DNA of 63,693 nucleotides, the filler included, from Octopus bimaculoides (lineage: Eukaryota): NCBI RefSeq assembly GCF_001194135.2. It is 5 parts of 5 records of this genome, joined end to end, with 100 filler letters (N's around TTAATTAATTAA, not from the genome) between each part and the next. Parts side by side here need not be neighbours in the genome. Positions count along the whole stretch, not along the records: positions 7,878 to 30,796 come from NC_068981.1; positions 30,897 to 49,841 come from NC_068982.1; 3 more parts are not named here. One strand, given 5' to 3'. This document shows, piece by piece, positions 23,901-38,210 of the stretch. The position numbers and the translations under genes are program-made. Each line of letters opens with the position of its first letter. The stretch's first letter is position 1. Under the pieces are notes generated by a model. That model did no database searches and was not told where the DNA came from. It was given only the letters and a program-made list of their open reading frames with translations.

Positions 23901-25918
23901 AATATATATATATGTGTATGTATATACATATANNNNNNNNNNNNNNNNNNNNNNNNNNNNNNNNNNNNNNNNNNNNNNNNNNNNNNNNNNNNNNNNNNNN
24001 NNNNNNNNNNNNNNNNNNNNNNNNNNNNNNNNNNNNNNNNNNNNNNNNNNNNNNNNNNNNNNNNNNNNNNNNNNNNNNNNNNNNNNNNNNNNNNNNNNNN
24101 NNNNNNNNNNNNNNNNNNNNNNNNNNNNNNNNNNNNNNNNNNNNNNNNNNNNNNNNNNNNNNNNNNNNNNNNNNNNNNNNNNNNNNNNNNNNNNNNNNNN
24201 NNNNNNNNNNNNNNNNNNNNNNNNNNNNNNNNNNNNNNNNNNNNNNNNNNNNNNNNNNNNNNNNNNNNNNNNNNNNNNNNNNNNNNNNNNNNNNNNNNNN
24301 NNNNNNNNNNNNNNNNNNNNNNNNNNNNNNNNNNNNNNNNNNNNNNNNNNNNNNNNNNNNNNNNNNNNNNNNNNNNNNNNNNNNNNNNNNNNNNNNNNNN
24401 NNNNNNNNNNNNNNNNNNNNNNNNNNNNNNNNNNATATATATATATATATATATAAATTCGAATTACCTGCTAATACCCGGAAATGCAGGGTTTATTTCC
24501 AGTTTCCTTTCCCATTACACTGTTTCATGTTTTTACCCCTTCCCTGCTCGGTTTCCATTTTCGTTCCTTTCCCACTCCTACCTCCAATCCTAGATCAGTA
24601 TGTACACGCAGGTTATCATTGGATGGTAACAATAATGCAGCCCTCATATACCTACGTCAATATGTGCATGCAGGTAAACATAATTACTTGCGTGTACATA
24701 CTGACGTAGGACTGGGGATAGGAAGAAGAACGGAACTAAAACGGAAACTGAACATACATACATACATACACATATACATACATACATATATATGTCTAAT
24801 ATACACCATTATAAAAATGGTGTATGTTATACATATGTATGTATATTTGCGTGTATACATGTTAGTATGTATGTATGTAGGTATGCATGTATATGTGTGT
24901 GTGTATGTCTGGCTTTGTGACTGTGGGTGCGTGATGGACAGTAGGAAAATCACCTACCCCTCCCCCCTTAAGTCTAGTTTTTCCTCACACCCACCTTTCT
25001 CTGTGTGTGTGTGTGTGTGTGTGTGTTGTATATATGCATTTACGAAAGTATGTATGCAGAGACGCAGGTATATGACAGCTTTATTATTGCTTTCATCCCA
25101 TTCCACTGCAATTCTCGCCTTCACTGATACAATTTACTCTCTCTCCCCCTCTCTGTTACTACGTCAGACTTATAGTTTTGCAGCCTTCTCATTTTATCAT
25201 ATAATTCTCCCTACGCCCTTGGGAGGCACATTACAGATTGTTACTGAAATCCGAATAGCCTATTATTAAACTGGATGTTAGTGTCATATATATGTAAAGT
25301 TTCGTGAATATAGGTTCGGCGGTTAGGACACTAAGTTGGTAACGGAAAGATGGACAGACAGAGAGAAATTGACAATTATATATAATGGCTAAACTGACAA
25401 TATGACCATCTCCAAATACAACAATATATATATATATATATATANNNNNNNNNNNNNNNNNNNNNNNNNNNNNNNNNNNNNNNNNNNNNNNNNNNNNNNN
25501 NNNNNNNNNNNNNNNNNNNNNNNNNNNNNNNNNNNNNNNNNNNNNNNNNNNNNNNNNNNNNNNNNNNNNNNNNNNNNNNNNNNNNNNNNNNNNNNNNNNN
25601 NNNNNNNNNNNNNNNNNNNNNNNNNNNNNNNNNNNNNNNNNNNNNNNNNNNNNNNNNNNNNNNNNNNNNNNNNNNNNNNNNNNNNNNNNNNNNNNNNNNN
25701 NNNNNNNNNNNNNNNNNNNNNNNNNNNNNNNNNNNNNNNNNNNNNNNNNNNNNNNNNNNNNNNNNNNNNNNNNNNNNNNNNNNNNNNNNNNNNNNNNNNN
25801 NNNNNNNNNNNNNNNNNNNNNNNNNNNNNNNNNNNNNNNNNNNNNNNNNNNNNNNNNNNNNNNNNNNNNNNNNNNNNNNNNNNNNNNNNNNNNNNNNNNN
25901 NNNNNNNNNNNNNNNNNN

Positions 25919-25975
<57 letters not shown>

Positions 25976-26509
25976 ATATATATATAAATTGATAACAGGA
26001 TTTGTAGCACTGTCTTTACTTAAATGCAATTCTCAGTAATTCATGACTCCGAAAACGAGCAAAATTTCTTTGATAACAAAATCCTTGGAAACATCGAATA
26101 GTAATCTACAGGTGAGTAGATGTGTAAGATTGTTAGCTCTAACGATCAAGTATAGGGATTATGAAGGGTACACGTGTATGTTTAATAAAATTATATTTAA
26201 GCCTCTTCACTTTGTCTAACAACATTGGGAAGATAGAAGAATTATAATATCGTTGTTGTTGCCTCCTTTATAACGGTAAGTTCGAAGTTGCCGAATAAAA
26301 TTTCTGTCAAATATTTCAATGGAGAATGTGTCATTTTGAGAATCTTGCCTATATTACAATTGATGAAAGCATAGAAATGTGTAAAGAAACCCTTCGGTCA
26401 TTAATGACCATAGGAATGCACCCTCCTTGGTACAAGTCCAGACAAGATTGTTTATGGAAGACAGGCAGTCGCCCATGCATACTAACCTCCGATGTTATCC
26501 AAGAGAAAG

Positions 26510-26690
26510 ACAAAGGTCGACACAGCTTGGTGCCGGTGACGTCGCCACTCATATCTACATCTGAGTAAACTGGAGTAACGTGAAATAAAGTGTCTTAGTC
26601 AAGAACACAACACAGAGCCCGATCTGGGAATCGAATTCATATCTTCGTGATTGTGAGCCCGATGCTGTAAACACTCAGCAATGCGCCTTA
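26510..26690 (-). mobile_element. Degenerate tRNA-derived SINE
   Basis: ctggagtaacgtgaaataaagtgtcttagtcaagaacacaac core, and gggaatcgaa (minus-strand B box). Confidence 0.6.
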
Positions 26691-28332
26691 CAAACATAAC
26701 TACATAAATAAACACTGTAGATTATATCATTGAAATATGTTTACTTACTGTAGGTATCTTCATTGCAATGCTCGATTACTTCGAAATGAATATGGAAACG
26801 ACAGCAATACGGTCTAATTTTCAAATGGAGCCTGATTCTATTCTGTTCTCGATGTGATACGCGTTCTTAATGCTATTGCTTGTATTGAGTTTTCTTACAT
26901 ATAAGGTGTAGACACAGTGGAATTACTATGGGTAAAGTACGTTATTGTTTTTCAACATAGTAGAAAACTGATAAACTTACGAAAATGCACTTTATCTCAA
27001 GGTTATAAATCTAGCTGTAATCTATCATTGAAAATGTTAAGAATGTTTGAGATCGATATAATTCTGTAGGAGTTGACAGAGTGTACCTTCCATAATTTTC
27101 CTTTTTACACTTTATTAATCTATTAATTCACATAGTTTGTTTGCGTTATTTGTGATAATCATTGATACGCAGGTACAAAGTGGTACTCTAATGCATTCCT
27201 TACTTATCGTTATTATCAACATTCTGTGTATTTTTATATTAAACAACATTTTTCAAATTTCAAAGATAATATTTGTGTAACAAGTATGCTGGTTATCTTT
27301 TTCCCTTTTTAATTTATAAACTAGCTTGTCTAGAGTTTTAATATTTTCTCCTCAGTTATAAAGTCTTTTGTAAGATTATAAGGTAACAACTTGTTCCTGA
27401 CTATTGCCTATTGTGATAGATATTGTGATAGATATTAAGTAAAGAGAAACGTCTCAGGTAAATGATAGGTTAAATTATTCTTGCACAGCTTTGTCTCACT
27501 CCGTTGCATGCTGATTCTTCACGAAGGTTTGGTTAGAGACGTGTCTGGAGGATGCTCAGTAACGCTGCTTCAAGGAGTAGTTAGATGAGTTGATTGTTAA
27601 ACGTTGAAATCGAGCGAAAACCTATTATTTGGATAGCATATGATAAATGTAAATAAACATTTACTTTCAATGTATGAAGATTTTTCTTCCATAGAAACTT
27701 CTTCAGCAGAAAAGATGTGATATTTTGTTATACAAAATAAATGAAGGATTTCTTAAATAACAAATCCCACTCTCTCTTTTGAAAAAGTTTGATAGATTTT
27801 GCCAGGAGTTTTCTTCTTTGTGTATTTTCCACTTATTATCTGGTTTGTTTGTATGCTGTTTGACTACATTTACATTTGAAATGCCAGAGTAATATGCACA
27901 AAAATACTTTTATATGTTTTGGTGTATTGTCATTTTCTGTGAGAATGAATCTTTGGATTTTTCAAACTATAAGGTTGATTGTTAGGAACCCTTGAACTTT
28001 GGATCTGTTGCATTTTCCCCATTATTTTCATTTCCCTTCCACGCACCTAAATCACATTACAATTTAGTGTAAATTTTCATCTATCTTATCTATCTATCTC
28101 TCTCTCTATATATATATATGTATATAAACATACACATACATATATACACACCCATACCCAAACATATATATATATATATATATANNNNNNNNNNNNNNNN
28201 NNNNNNNNNNNNNNNNNNNNNNNNNNNNNNNNNNNNNNNNNNNNNNNNNNNNNNNNNNNNNNNNNNNNNNNNNNNNNNNNNNNNNNNNNNNNNNNNNNNN
28301 NNNNNNNNNNNNNNNNNNNNNNNNNNNNNNNN

Positions 28333-28395
<63 letters not shown>

Positions 28396-28898
28396 TAATA
28401 ATAAATGGAGCAAAACACATATAAACAAAAGTTCCTTGGATTAAAGGAACTTTTGTTTATATGCGTTTTGCTCCATTTATTATTATTATTATTATTATGA
28501 TTCATTTCTACTCAAAATGCATCGCATTAACTTGGTATCTCTACCTATAAAACGGGTGTGTTATTCTGGTATATCTTGTGTGAGTTTGCTACCCATGGTA
28601 ACTATTAACATATTTAGATTGTCAAGGTTTTCTTTTTTAAACGGAGATAATATTAATATATTCATAAATTATATATATATGTGTGTTCAAATATAAATTA
28701 GAAGCAGATTGGGGTATATAAACAAAATCGAACACACATACTCAAGGCCTGTGTATTGTTAGTTCGTGGGGCAGCTGCGTTTTTGTTTTAGGCGTAAGAG
28801 AATATATTCTCAAGTCATAGAAAGGCAAAACAACTCACATCACATCCCTTTTTGGAGCGACAAACATTGTATTATCAATGCCACATACTGAGCAAGGC

Positions 28899-28996
28899 CT
28901 ACTGCAACCTAAATCGCCGACTGAGGCTATATGCCAAGCAGATGATTCTTAAACCATTTAGCATAAAGTTATAGTCGGTGATATAGGTTGCAGCAG
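28899..28996. repeat. 24-bp imperfect inverted repeat with a 50-nt spacer
   Basis: ctactgcaacctaaatcgccgact (28899-28922) pairs with agtcggtgatataggttgcagcag (28973-28996), with 2 mismatches and 1 G-U on the plus-strand RNA. Confidence 0.8.
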
Positions 28997-29208
28997 TTTT
29001 ACACCAGGGATATTAAGAATATATTCTCTTACACACGAAAAAAAAAGAGAACTGCTAGCCGTCCCACGAACTAAGAAAACAAGTGTGTGTTCCATTTTGT
29101 ATACATACATACATACATACATACATGCATACATACATGCATACATACATACATACATGCATACATACATACATACATGCATACATACATACATACATGC
29201 ATGCATAC

Positions 29209-29269
<61 letters not shown>

Positions 29270-29652
29270 CNNNNNNNNNNNNNNNNNNNNNNNNNNNNNN
29301 NNNNNNNNNNNNNNNNNNNNNNNNNNNNNNNNNNNNNNNNNNNNNNNNNNNNNNNNNNNNNNNNNNNNNNNNNNNNNNNNNNNNNNNNNNNNNNNNNNNN
29401 NNNNNNNNNNNNNNNNNNNNNNNNNNNNNNNNNNNNNNNNNNNNNNNNNNNNNNNNNNNNNNNNNNNNNNNNNNNNNNNNNNNNNNNNNNNNNNNNNNNN
29501 NNNNNNNNNNNNNNNNNNNNNNNNNNNNNNNNNNNNNNNNNNNNNNNNNNNNNNNNNNNNNNNNNNNNNNNNNNNNNNNNNNNNNNNNNNNNNNNNNNNN
29601 NNNNNNNNNNNNNNNNNNNNNNNNNNNNNNTATATATATATATATATATACT

Positions 29653-29693
<41 letters not shown>

Positions 29694-30244
29694 ACATATA
29701 TGTATGTATGTAATTTAACAGACCGCTCTCTCTTCGTATACATCATAACATCTGTTTGCGAAAAGCTTATTTTACCGTAGTAGCTATGTAGGTAAAATAG
29801 AAAAAAACAAAACAAAACAAAAAAAACAATTAGCAAGACAGGATCTGTCTACCGATGGATCTATAATTGTCTGACTGTCCGCCAATGAAACTCTACCATT
29901 TATGTATGGAACTGAACATTATATCTAATGTAATAGCGTTTGTGAGTAAAAGTATGCTACACCCTTATACTCTTATATAGGTTAACTTGACTTTGATGGC
30001 CATGGCAACATATACAATGGTCATTGTCAAGCAGTGAATCCGATGAAACTAATTTAACCCTAATGTCAGACGACCGTCTATTATAATGGTTAATATCTTA
30101 AAATGACACAAATATTTTAAATTGTTCATATGATTACCCATTGTTCGTCACTTGAAGGCATTCCCTAATTTTGTAAATAATATTTTTTGATGAGGTTTTC
30201 GCTAGCATTTGAACAGAGCACTTTCATTTGAAAACAACTATTCT

Positions 30245-30440
30245 CTTATTCTTTTACTTGCACCAGTCATTTGACTGCGCCCATGTTGTAGCACAGCATT
30301 GGAGAGTTTTCAGTCGAAGATATCAACTCCAGGACTTATTCTTTCTAAGCCTTGCACTTAATCTATCGGACATCTTTGCCGAACCGCTAATGTTACAGGG
30401 ACGTAAACACACCCAAGCGATGCAAGGGAGACAAACTTAA
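30245..30440 (-). mobile_element. SINE family B, 3' half (inverted relative to 30590-30780)
   Basis: Reverse complement reads gtgtttacgtccctgtaacattagcggttcggcaaagatgtccgatag...gcgcagtcaaatgactgg. Confidence 0.75.
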
Positions 30441-30589
30441 ACGCAAAGTCATACACATATAAATATACACATTTACATTTATGCATATACACACACACAC
30501 ACGCACGCGCACGCACGCACACACACACACACACACATATAATATACATACACATACGTATGTATATGTATATATTTATGTGTGTATCT

Positions 30590-30780
30590 TTGTGTCTGTT
30601 TTTCTTCCCTCCGTCGCTTGATAACTGAAATCGTTGTGTTTACGTCCCCGTAACTTAGCGGTTCGGCCAAAGTGACCGATAGAATAATTACTAGGCTTAC
30701 AAAGACTAATTCCTGGAGTTGATATATTTGAATAAAAAACCCCCTTCAAGGCGGTACTCCAGCATGGCCGCAGTCAAATA
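30590..30780 (+). mobile_element. SINE family B, 3' half
   Basis: gtgtttacgtccccgtaacttagcggttcggcc...ggcggtactccagcatggccgcagtcaaat. Confidence 0.8.
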
Positions 30781-30796
30781 TATATATATATATATA

Positions 30797-30896
30797 NNNN
30801 NNNNNNNNNNNNNNNNNNNNNNNNNNNNNNNNNNNNNNNNTTAATTAATTAANNNNNNNNNNNNNNNNNNNNNNNNNNNNNNNNNNNNNNNNNNNN
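30797..30896. other. Artificial scaffold/contig join spacer
   Basis: 44 N + TTAATTAATTAA + 44 N. Confidence 0.95.
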
Positions 30897-30940
<44 letters not shown>

Positions 30941-31191
30941 CCTCTCTCTCTCACGCTGCTTTTTCTTGTTTTTGTTCCAACGGTCTGAGTAGAAATTTTT
31001 CTCTCTCCATGATTGCAACACTTGTGACCAGCTCCAGTTGATAACCAAAGTTTCTTATCCGCTTTAACCAGCAATAGTTTTATTTTACCTCGTGGATTAG
31101 AGACATCTTTCTTCCCGTCTTCACATAAAAACCTTTTTTTTTATTTATTCGTCCTTATTCTCCCTGTCTCACTCTCTCTTTCTTGTCTCCC

Positions 31192-31261
<70 letters not shown>

Positions 31262-32809
31262 CGCTTCTTGCCTTTAGTCCTACCGGCCAGAGTAGAAACA
31301 ATTGTTTCTATAAAAGCAATACTTGTAACCACCTCCGTCAAATAAATGAATTTCATTACCAAGATACATGTTATTTTATTTCATCTTATTCGTCTCTGTC
31401 TCTTCACGCGCTCTTTTCAGGTGTTGTTGCTGATTTTTGTCCTCACATCCACAATATTTGTTTTTTGTTTTGCCCAAGACGATTTGCTCTTAGCTTAAAA
31501 CATTTTATTTATATTTGTTCATTGTTTCTTCTCTTTCTTTCCAATCTCTCTCCCCCACGTTCTTTATCTCATACATATTCATGCGTTTTTTTTTTAACTT
31601 TAGATTATTCATATTCGTAGACTCACACCTTTAGAGTATATTATAACCACTTATCACCGTAAAGTAAATGAGAATTAGCGGTAGAGAGAGAAAGAGACAG
31701 AGATACGCATAATTTCGCCTTTCTTACTTTACATAGATGTAGAAATAAGTATTCGAATACTGATTGTTTTTAGAGCGTCAGATTGTATTTCATTCCAAAA
31801 CGCACTAAGACCAACTTTACGTTTCATCCATTCGAGGTCAATAAATTATATACCATTTAAGCACTGAGATGGATTCCTCTCGTTCTTTTATTCATTCCTT
31901 CTGCGTTTCTCTTTTGCTCCTTCTGAAAGAAATCAGATGTGCTTGGTACAATTGATTGGTGGACTCTGACAGAGATAATACCATTAAGACATATCGTGTA
32001 TGAAGCCGGTTGTCCTCCGGTTCCATCAAAGAGGTAATGGGCAATGGCAAGGTATATGTAAGCATATCTAAAAATAAAGATTTGCGGGATTTGCTGCAGC
32101 TATTCCAATCAAGGCCATCTACTACAATGCCTCTCACCATGGCGTGAATAGAGCCTCCATTATCCACAAATTTGCAGCTATATTTATTCCAGTTTAATTC
32201 TGTTGATGTTTCCTTATTTCAATATTTTCTGTATTTCGATGAGGGATGTCTTAGATGAGAAGATTTTGCTCCTTTGGATTTATTGATTTCTTTTCCATAA
32301 TAATTTGTTTTTATTTTCCGATATCTTCTTTCCATTCTCTTCCCCCCCCTCCTCTTCCTACTCACCCCTTCTTAATTCAGTTTCCATTTTTTTTGTTTTT
32401 TGTTTTTTCATTCTCTGAATGCCTATATTTGTATTGTTTTTCGTTTTCTGATCTCTTCCGGTGTTATTTCGCTATTGTTTTTTTTTAAATACATTTTGCT
32501 TTCGTTTTGTTTCTCCCGTATAGTTTATATTCCTTCTCAGGCTCCATTATTACTATGACCAATAAAACACTCGTTATCAGCAGCATCGCAATCCCTATTA
32601 TCCTCATCACCATTATTACCTTTATCATTGTCCTCATCATCGTCATCAAAGCCATACAAACGACGAGTCCATGACCATCGTCATTGCCACGGTGGTCACC
32701 GTCCTTGCTTTCATCATTACCACCACCTCATTATTCCCAGTATATTTTCTTCACGTTATGTGTCATCGTAGAAATAAAATTTATTTGTTTAATATCACAC
32801 ACAGCACAT

Positions 32810-32811
32810 AT

Positions 32812-32894
<83 letters not shown>

Positions 32895-33030
32895 GGTGGC
32901 GGTGGTCGTGGTCGTGGTCGTGGTTGTAGTGGTAGTGGTGATCGTGGTGGTCGTGGTGATCGTAGTCGTGGTGGCGGCGGCGGAGGCGGCGGAGGCGGCG
33001 GTGGTGGTGATGGTGGTGGTTCTAGGTGCA
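32810..33030. repeat. (GTA)n followed by degenerate (GTG/GTC/GCG)n triplet repeat
   Basis: Directly visible. It explains the poly-V ORF. Confidence 0.95.
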
Positions 33031-36000
33031 GTAGTGGAGGCGGATGTTTATATGTCCAGAGGATGTGTCGTATAGATTATACAGCCAAGTCATTTCCCAA
33101 CTCTCTCTACCCCTCCCCCTCTCTCTCTATTTCCCTCTCCTCCTCTACATTTCCAGTCTCCATTTCTAAGTGGTTTCGGCTATAATCTCGCATGCTGTTA
33201 TATTTCATACTGTAATACTTCTTTCCATTGTTTATTGTATAATATGATATCATATTCCTCTGTTTTGAGAAATATTGAAGTATGGTTGTTTATTTCTTAT
33301 GTTTATCACATTGTTATTTATTGATTTCAGTTTGCTTGTATGTTTGTTTTATATATAAATTATTAATTGCAATGTTTATTCATATCGCTTATTGTACGTT
33401 TTCCTTCTTTCGTTTTTATGTTCTCCTTACTCAATTCAACTTGCTTGTTCCTTGTAGTGTTTGTTGCTTGTTTATTAGTTTTAATGTTTATTGCCGCTAT
33501 CTTTCCGGTGTATATTCGGTTTCAGCGGTTATGTCTTTATCTGTCATTTTCCTGTGTTATTTATTAAGTTCACTTCTTATATTTAGTGCGCTGTTATGAT
33601 CTTCTGTTTTTATTGATTTTCCAGAATTGTTTGCTTTTATTATTAATTATTTATCTTATGTTGTGTTTACTTTTTCCGGTTATTTGTATTGTTTAGTCAT
33701 TTGATATGATGTTTATATTTTCTCCGTGATGATGTATAGATTATTAGTTTTTAGATTTTTAGATCGCGTCCACCAATTTATTCTTCATCCTTTTTATTAT
33801 TCGACTTATTGCAGAACTGAATCCATTATAATGGACAACATTCCTTCCGCATGTAATTTACCCATGTCACAAATGCTAAAGTGACTAATTATGATGAAAA
33901 ATAAATTGTTTAATGTTTGGATTTGCTGCAATCACATTTCTAACAAGAAAATCTGTTAATTCCACTCTAAGCTTTCATTTTAATCCATGTTAGATTTTTA
34001 GAGATAGTTATTTATGTTCTTTTTGTCTCATTATTGCTTAAGCTTTCCAATCATCACCATCTTATTTATTTATATGACTATCTAATTTATACAATGTATA
34101 TTTCTTTTAAATCAATAGTCTATGATCAAGGAATAAGAACATTTTGCTACTATTTCTAGCAGGTCGACAACCATTTTGAGTATCTTCTATGTAGAATGAG
34201 GTGCAGGATTTACTGGTAAAACTGAAAAAAATGACGGAAGCCAGTGGCCTGAGTTTCAGGACTGCTTTGTTTTATAGGACTTGAGTAATTAGACATTTTA
34301 AAGATCCATATGAAACTAGAGTCCAACAATCGGGTCACATGAAAGCACTACTCAGTGCTCTACTTCCTTATGTTGTAATACCTTTATACTTACAGTGAAT
34401 TGACCTTAGCCAGGAGTGCATACAAGTGCCGAGCTAATGTGAGTTTAGCATAAAACTGAGCGAATGAAAATTATCGTAATGACTGAATTTCAGCAGCGAA
34501 AGTAAGAAATTGTAGCACTGGTTGGGGTATCCAGCTGTTATTCCATGATATATATATATATATATATATATATAAATTACGTATACACCCACCCACATGC
34601 TCGCACGCACATACAGAGTCTCATGCATAAATTTATGTGCGTTTGTGTGTATACACGTACTATGGTTGAATTGTTAACGTAGTCCTCTTTTCGCTCCTAT
34701 TTCTTGAGTTCAGCTCCATTAGTAAGTGAAATTGGGTAGCTGGATCGAAACCCCTGGAGAAGATTTTACTTATGAGTTAAAAGGTTCAGCCTTGTCGGGC
34801 ACGTTGATTCCCATTCCAGAATTACATTAAAGTTACATATGGCAGAGGAATATGCAGCTACATTATAGTTTTTCTGGAGTAGCTCTCAAAGATTTTCAAA
34901 AGATTCGTCATTGTTGAACAACGGAGGTCCATTACCGCCAGCTCTACCGCTGTATATAATCAGAAAATTTGAGCTAGTAGGAGAGTGAGACAATAGAAAG
35001 ACAGACAGATAGACACACAGACAGATAGAGACAGAAACGAGTAAGGGAGAGTGTGTGAGAGAGTGAGAATAAGAGAGAGAGAGTGAAGCATATTTTGAAA
35101 TCTTTGTGTCGGCTACGGTGTTTTTTCATTGTGAGAATATGCCATATTGCAGCAGATACTACTCTAGGTTTGTGATAGACACTAAAGTATGAAACGTGGA
35201 GAGGTGTTACAGTGGAAGACAATAAAATACCTATAATTTATGTATTGTCAGCAAATATAGAACCAACAATTACATATATATNNNNNNNNNNNNNNNNNNN
35301 NNNNNNNNNNNNNNNNNNNNNNNNNNNNNNNNNNNNNNNNNNNNNNNNNNNNNNNNNNNNNNNNNNNNNNNNNNNNNNNNNNNNNNNNNNNNNNNNNNNN
35401 NNNNNNNNNNNNNNNNNNNNNNNNNNNNNNNNNNNNNNNNNNNNNNNNNNNNNNNNNNNNNNNNNNNNNNNNNNNNNNNNNNNNNNNNNNNNNNNNNNNN
35501 NNNNNNNNNNNNNNNNNNNNNNNNNNNNNNNNNNNNNNNNNNNNNNNNNNNNNNNNNNNNNNNNNTATATATATATATATATATATATATTTCTGCGCAT
35601 ATTGTTGTTTATGTGTGAGCGCGCACGTATGAGTGCTTGTACATTTGCATTCTGCAAAAACCATATAACAGTTGTGCATGTCTATGATGTATGTATATAT
35701 TATATCTGTGTTTATAATATATGCAATAATGATACACACACGTCTCGATGATTACTTGCCCGAATTCTCTTGCATTCTGATCCCACGTTTTCATCCTTCG
35801 CTTAACATATCTAAATATTACCAATATCCATTTATTCAGATGCATTCATATTTCCACATTTCTAAAAATATCGTACATATTCAGGTTCTTGTTGCATCTA
35901 AGCGTAATTCGGGCTTTCTATAACAAAATGGGCCATTACCTGCCTCATATGTCTTTGTGTGTGCGTCTGCGAGTATATAAACTTGTCCCTCTCCTTTAAC

Positions 36001-36145
36001 TACTTCAGCTTTAAAGCGATTTTTCGTTTGAACATTCCAGTTACCTTATATAAATATCTATATTTTTAGTTTTCGCCATTGCATTGCTGTTATCAGCCAT
36101 CTCTTCTCTTTATTTATTTATTTACTTCACTCTCAACATGTATGT

Positions 36146-36188
<43 letters not shown>

Positions 36189-36239
36189 TACATACATACA
36201 CACATACATACAGGGCATTTATAAAAACANNNNNNNNNN

Positions 36240-36306
<67 letters not shown>

Positions 36307-36537
36307 ATACATAGATACATAGATACATATAGCTATGAAGTGTTTATAAGTAAATGTATTCCGGAATATTCATGTCTGTCATGGTCTTCTGTTGAACTGA
36401 ATTAAGTGAAAAATCCTTTCTACCTTTCCATCATAATTATTGTTCGTGTCATTTTTCTGTTTTTAATATTACGAATACTAATATTTGTAGCACTGTCTTA
36501 GGATTCATTACTGTTATTAATATTTGTAATATTAATA

Positions 36538-36870
36538 AGGCAGCGAACTGATCGTTAGCACAGCGGGCGAAATTCTTTTAGGCAATTCGTCCGTCTTTAA
36601 GTTCTCTGTTCAAAATCCACTGATGTCAACATTGTCTTTCATCCTTTCCGGGTCGATAAAATAAGTACCAATCATGTTCTGCAGTCGATTACATCGACTT
36701 CCTTCTTCCCTTAAAAACTGATAACCCTGTGCCAAATTTCAAAACCGTAAGACAGTGAGCTCACAAATTCGTTCACGCGCCAGACAAAATGCTTTGCGGT
36801 ATTTCGTCCGCTAATTTCTCTGTTCATTTCGTTTTGAGTTCAAATTTGCTTCATTATTTCCAGAACCGCC
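36538..36870 (+). mobile_element. SINE family A copy plus a second partial head in tandem
   Basis: aaggcagcgaactgatcgttagcacagcgggcgaaa...catcctttccgggtcgataaaataagtacc, then a second head gtgagctcacaaattcgtt..aaatgctttgcggtatttcgtc at ~36755. Confidence 0.65.
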
Positions 36871-37399
36871 TTTATTTAGGCTGTGTACCTATAGCAGAAA
36901 GGATTATTAGTAATAGTTGTCGCATTAATTTTGGAATTTTTAATAGAATATTTAAAGCGTCGGAGAAATTGTCTAGTGGAATATATTCCGGCTCTTTACA
37001 TTACCAGATTGATTCCTACCGAGGTCTCATGTACCGTCTATCTCTCCAGGTTTATAAAATAAAATATGTCACATACTCAAAAGCTGTTGACCTTGTGTCT
37101 AAATCATAAACTGTTATTAATTACACTAGAAAAAGCAATTAGAAATAGCATCACGTGCAAAGTAATAGAGGCAAGAATGACGTTCGACAATTTATTCGAT
37201 GTGAAACACGAAGACTGCGACGTCAGGGCTATATCTGGTGCGTTAAAACAAGAAAAATAAAGCGACTCGGTGAGCTAGGTAGAAGCGTCTAGGTGACAAC
37301 AATGCCACAATTCTATCTTAGGTCAATCGGGATAAACTTCTACTGCGCTGTTCCAAGCAAATGAGTGCAGCTTTCCAGAACTTTGCTCATCTGTCAAAG

Positions 37400-38210
37400 A
37401 AAGCGAACGGTCACACAGAAACTTTGACTTTAGTGCGTACCTCAACGGCCTGCCACGACTCTCGGAAGAATACGCAAGACATTGCAAAAGCTCGTCATAT
37501 TAACTGAGATACGAGAAATATTGAGAGGCTGCACAAGGGACAAATTGCCCAATATGGATGGTCATCCCTATGCGTTTTGTGTTTATATGCCAAAGCTGTT
37601 TGGTGATTTCTTGGCAAACGTGTATCACAACTGCCAGCAAAAGGGAGCATTCCTAGATCCTTTAGCCGCGTTGTGTTAACGCTGCTGAGAAAGGATGTCA
37701 GTGAAGGGGCTATTATAATGTAATTACCATAACCCTACTACATAGAGAATTCAAAATTTTGGCAAGGGTCATAGTAAATAAGTTGGTGCGTCGTAGAGAG
37801 TTAGGTCGGAGAAGTACAAACATGTGCGAACACAATAGATCAATTAACGAGAATCTCTACCTCATATATTATACCGTATAGGTGGATAAGAAATTGGGTG
37901 GGTTTACAAGAAAGCTGGCTAGACTCACTCAGAAATGAGCTGAGAGGAAATTATCCCTGAAATGTCGAGCAGACGTAGCGAATGCCTCCAGAAAACTTAG
38001 CATCTGACTGTTGTGCCGTACATAAGTCCACTTTGAGGCCAGACAGGAGCATTGGGTTTTCCACTTCCTCTGGAAAGACCGCGTTCCGCTGGTGGGGCGG
38101 TCCATCTGTTACCAGTGCCCTCAGAAAGGTGAGTTATACATGCCATTACATGCGCTGTGGCTATGCCACTTACAGATTTTCCTGGACAGTGAACCGGTGT
38201 GGTATCCGTT
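37400..38210 (+). pseudogene. Degraded Tx1/L1-clade LINE ORF2 fragments
   Basis: DFSAYLNGLPRLS; EIREILRGCTRDKLPNMDGHPYAF..MPKLFGDFLANVYHN (cf. SPGLDGLPYEFY); and WVFHFLWKDRVPLVGRSICYQCPQKGELYMP (cf. FLWKGK..LV.R..C.Q....GGLGMP). Confidence 0.7.

Noticed and set aside
37982-38134. ORF ending in AAG|GTGAGT suggesting a host exon
   Set aside because: A different frame of the same sequence matches Tx1/L1-type ORF2, so the donor-like motif is probably coincidental.
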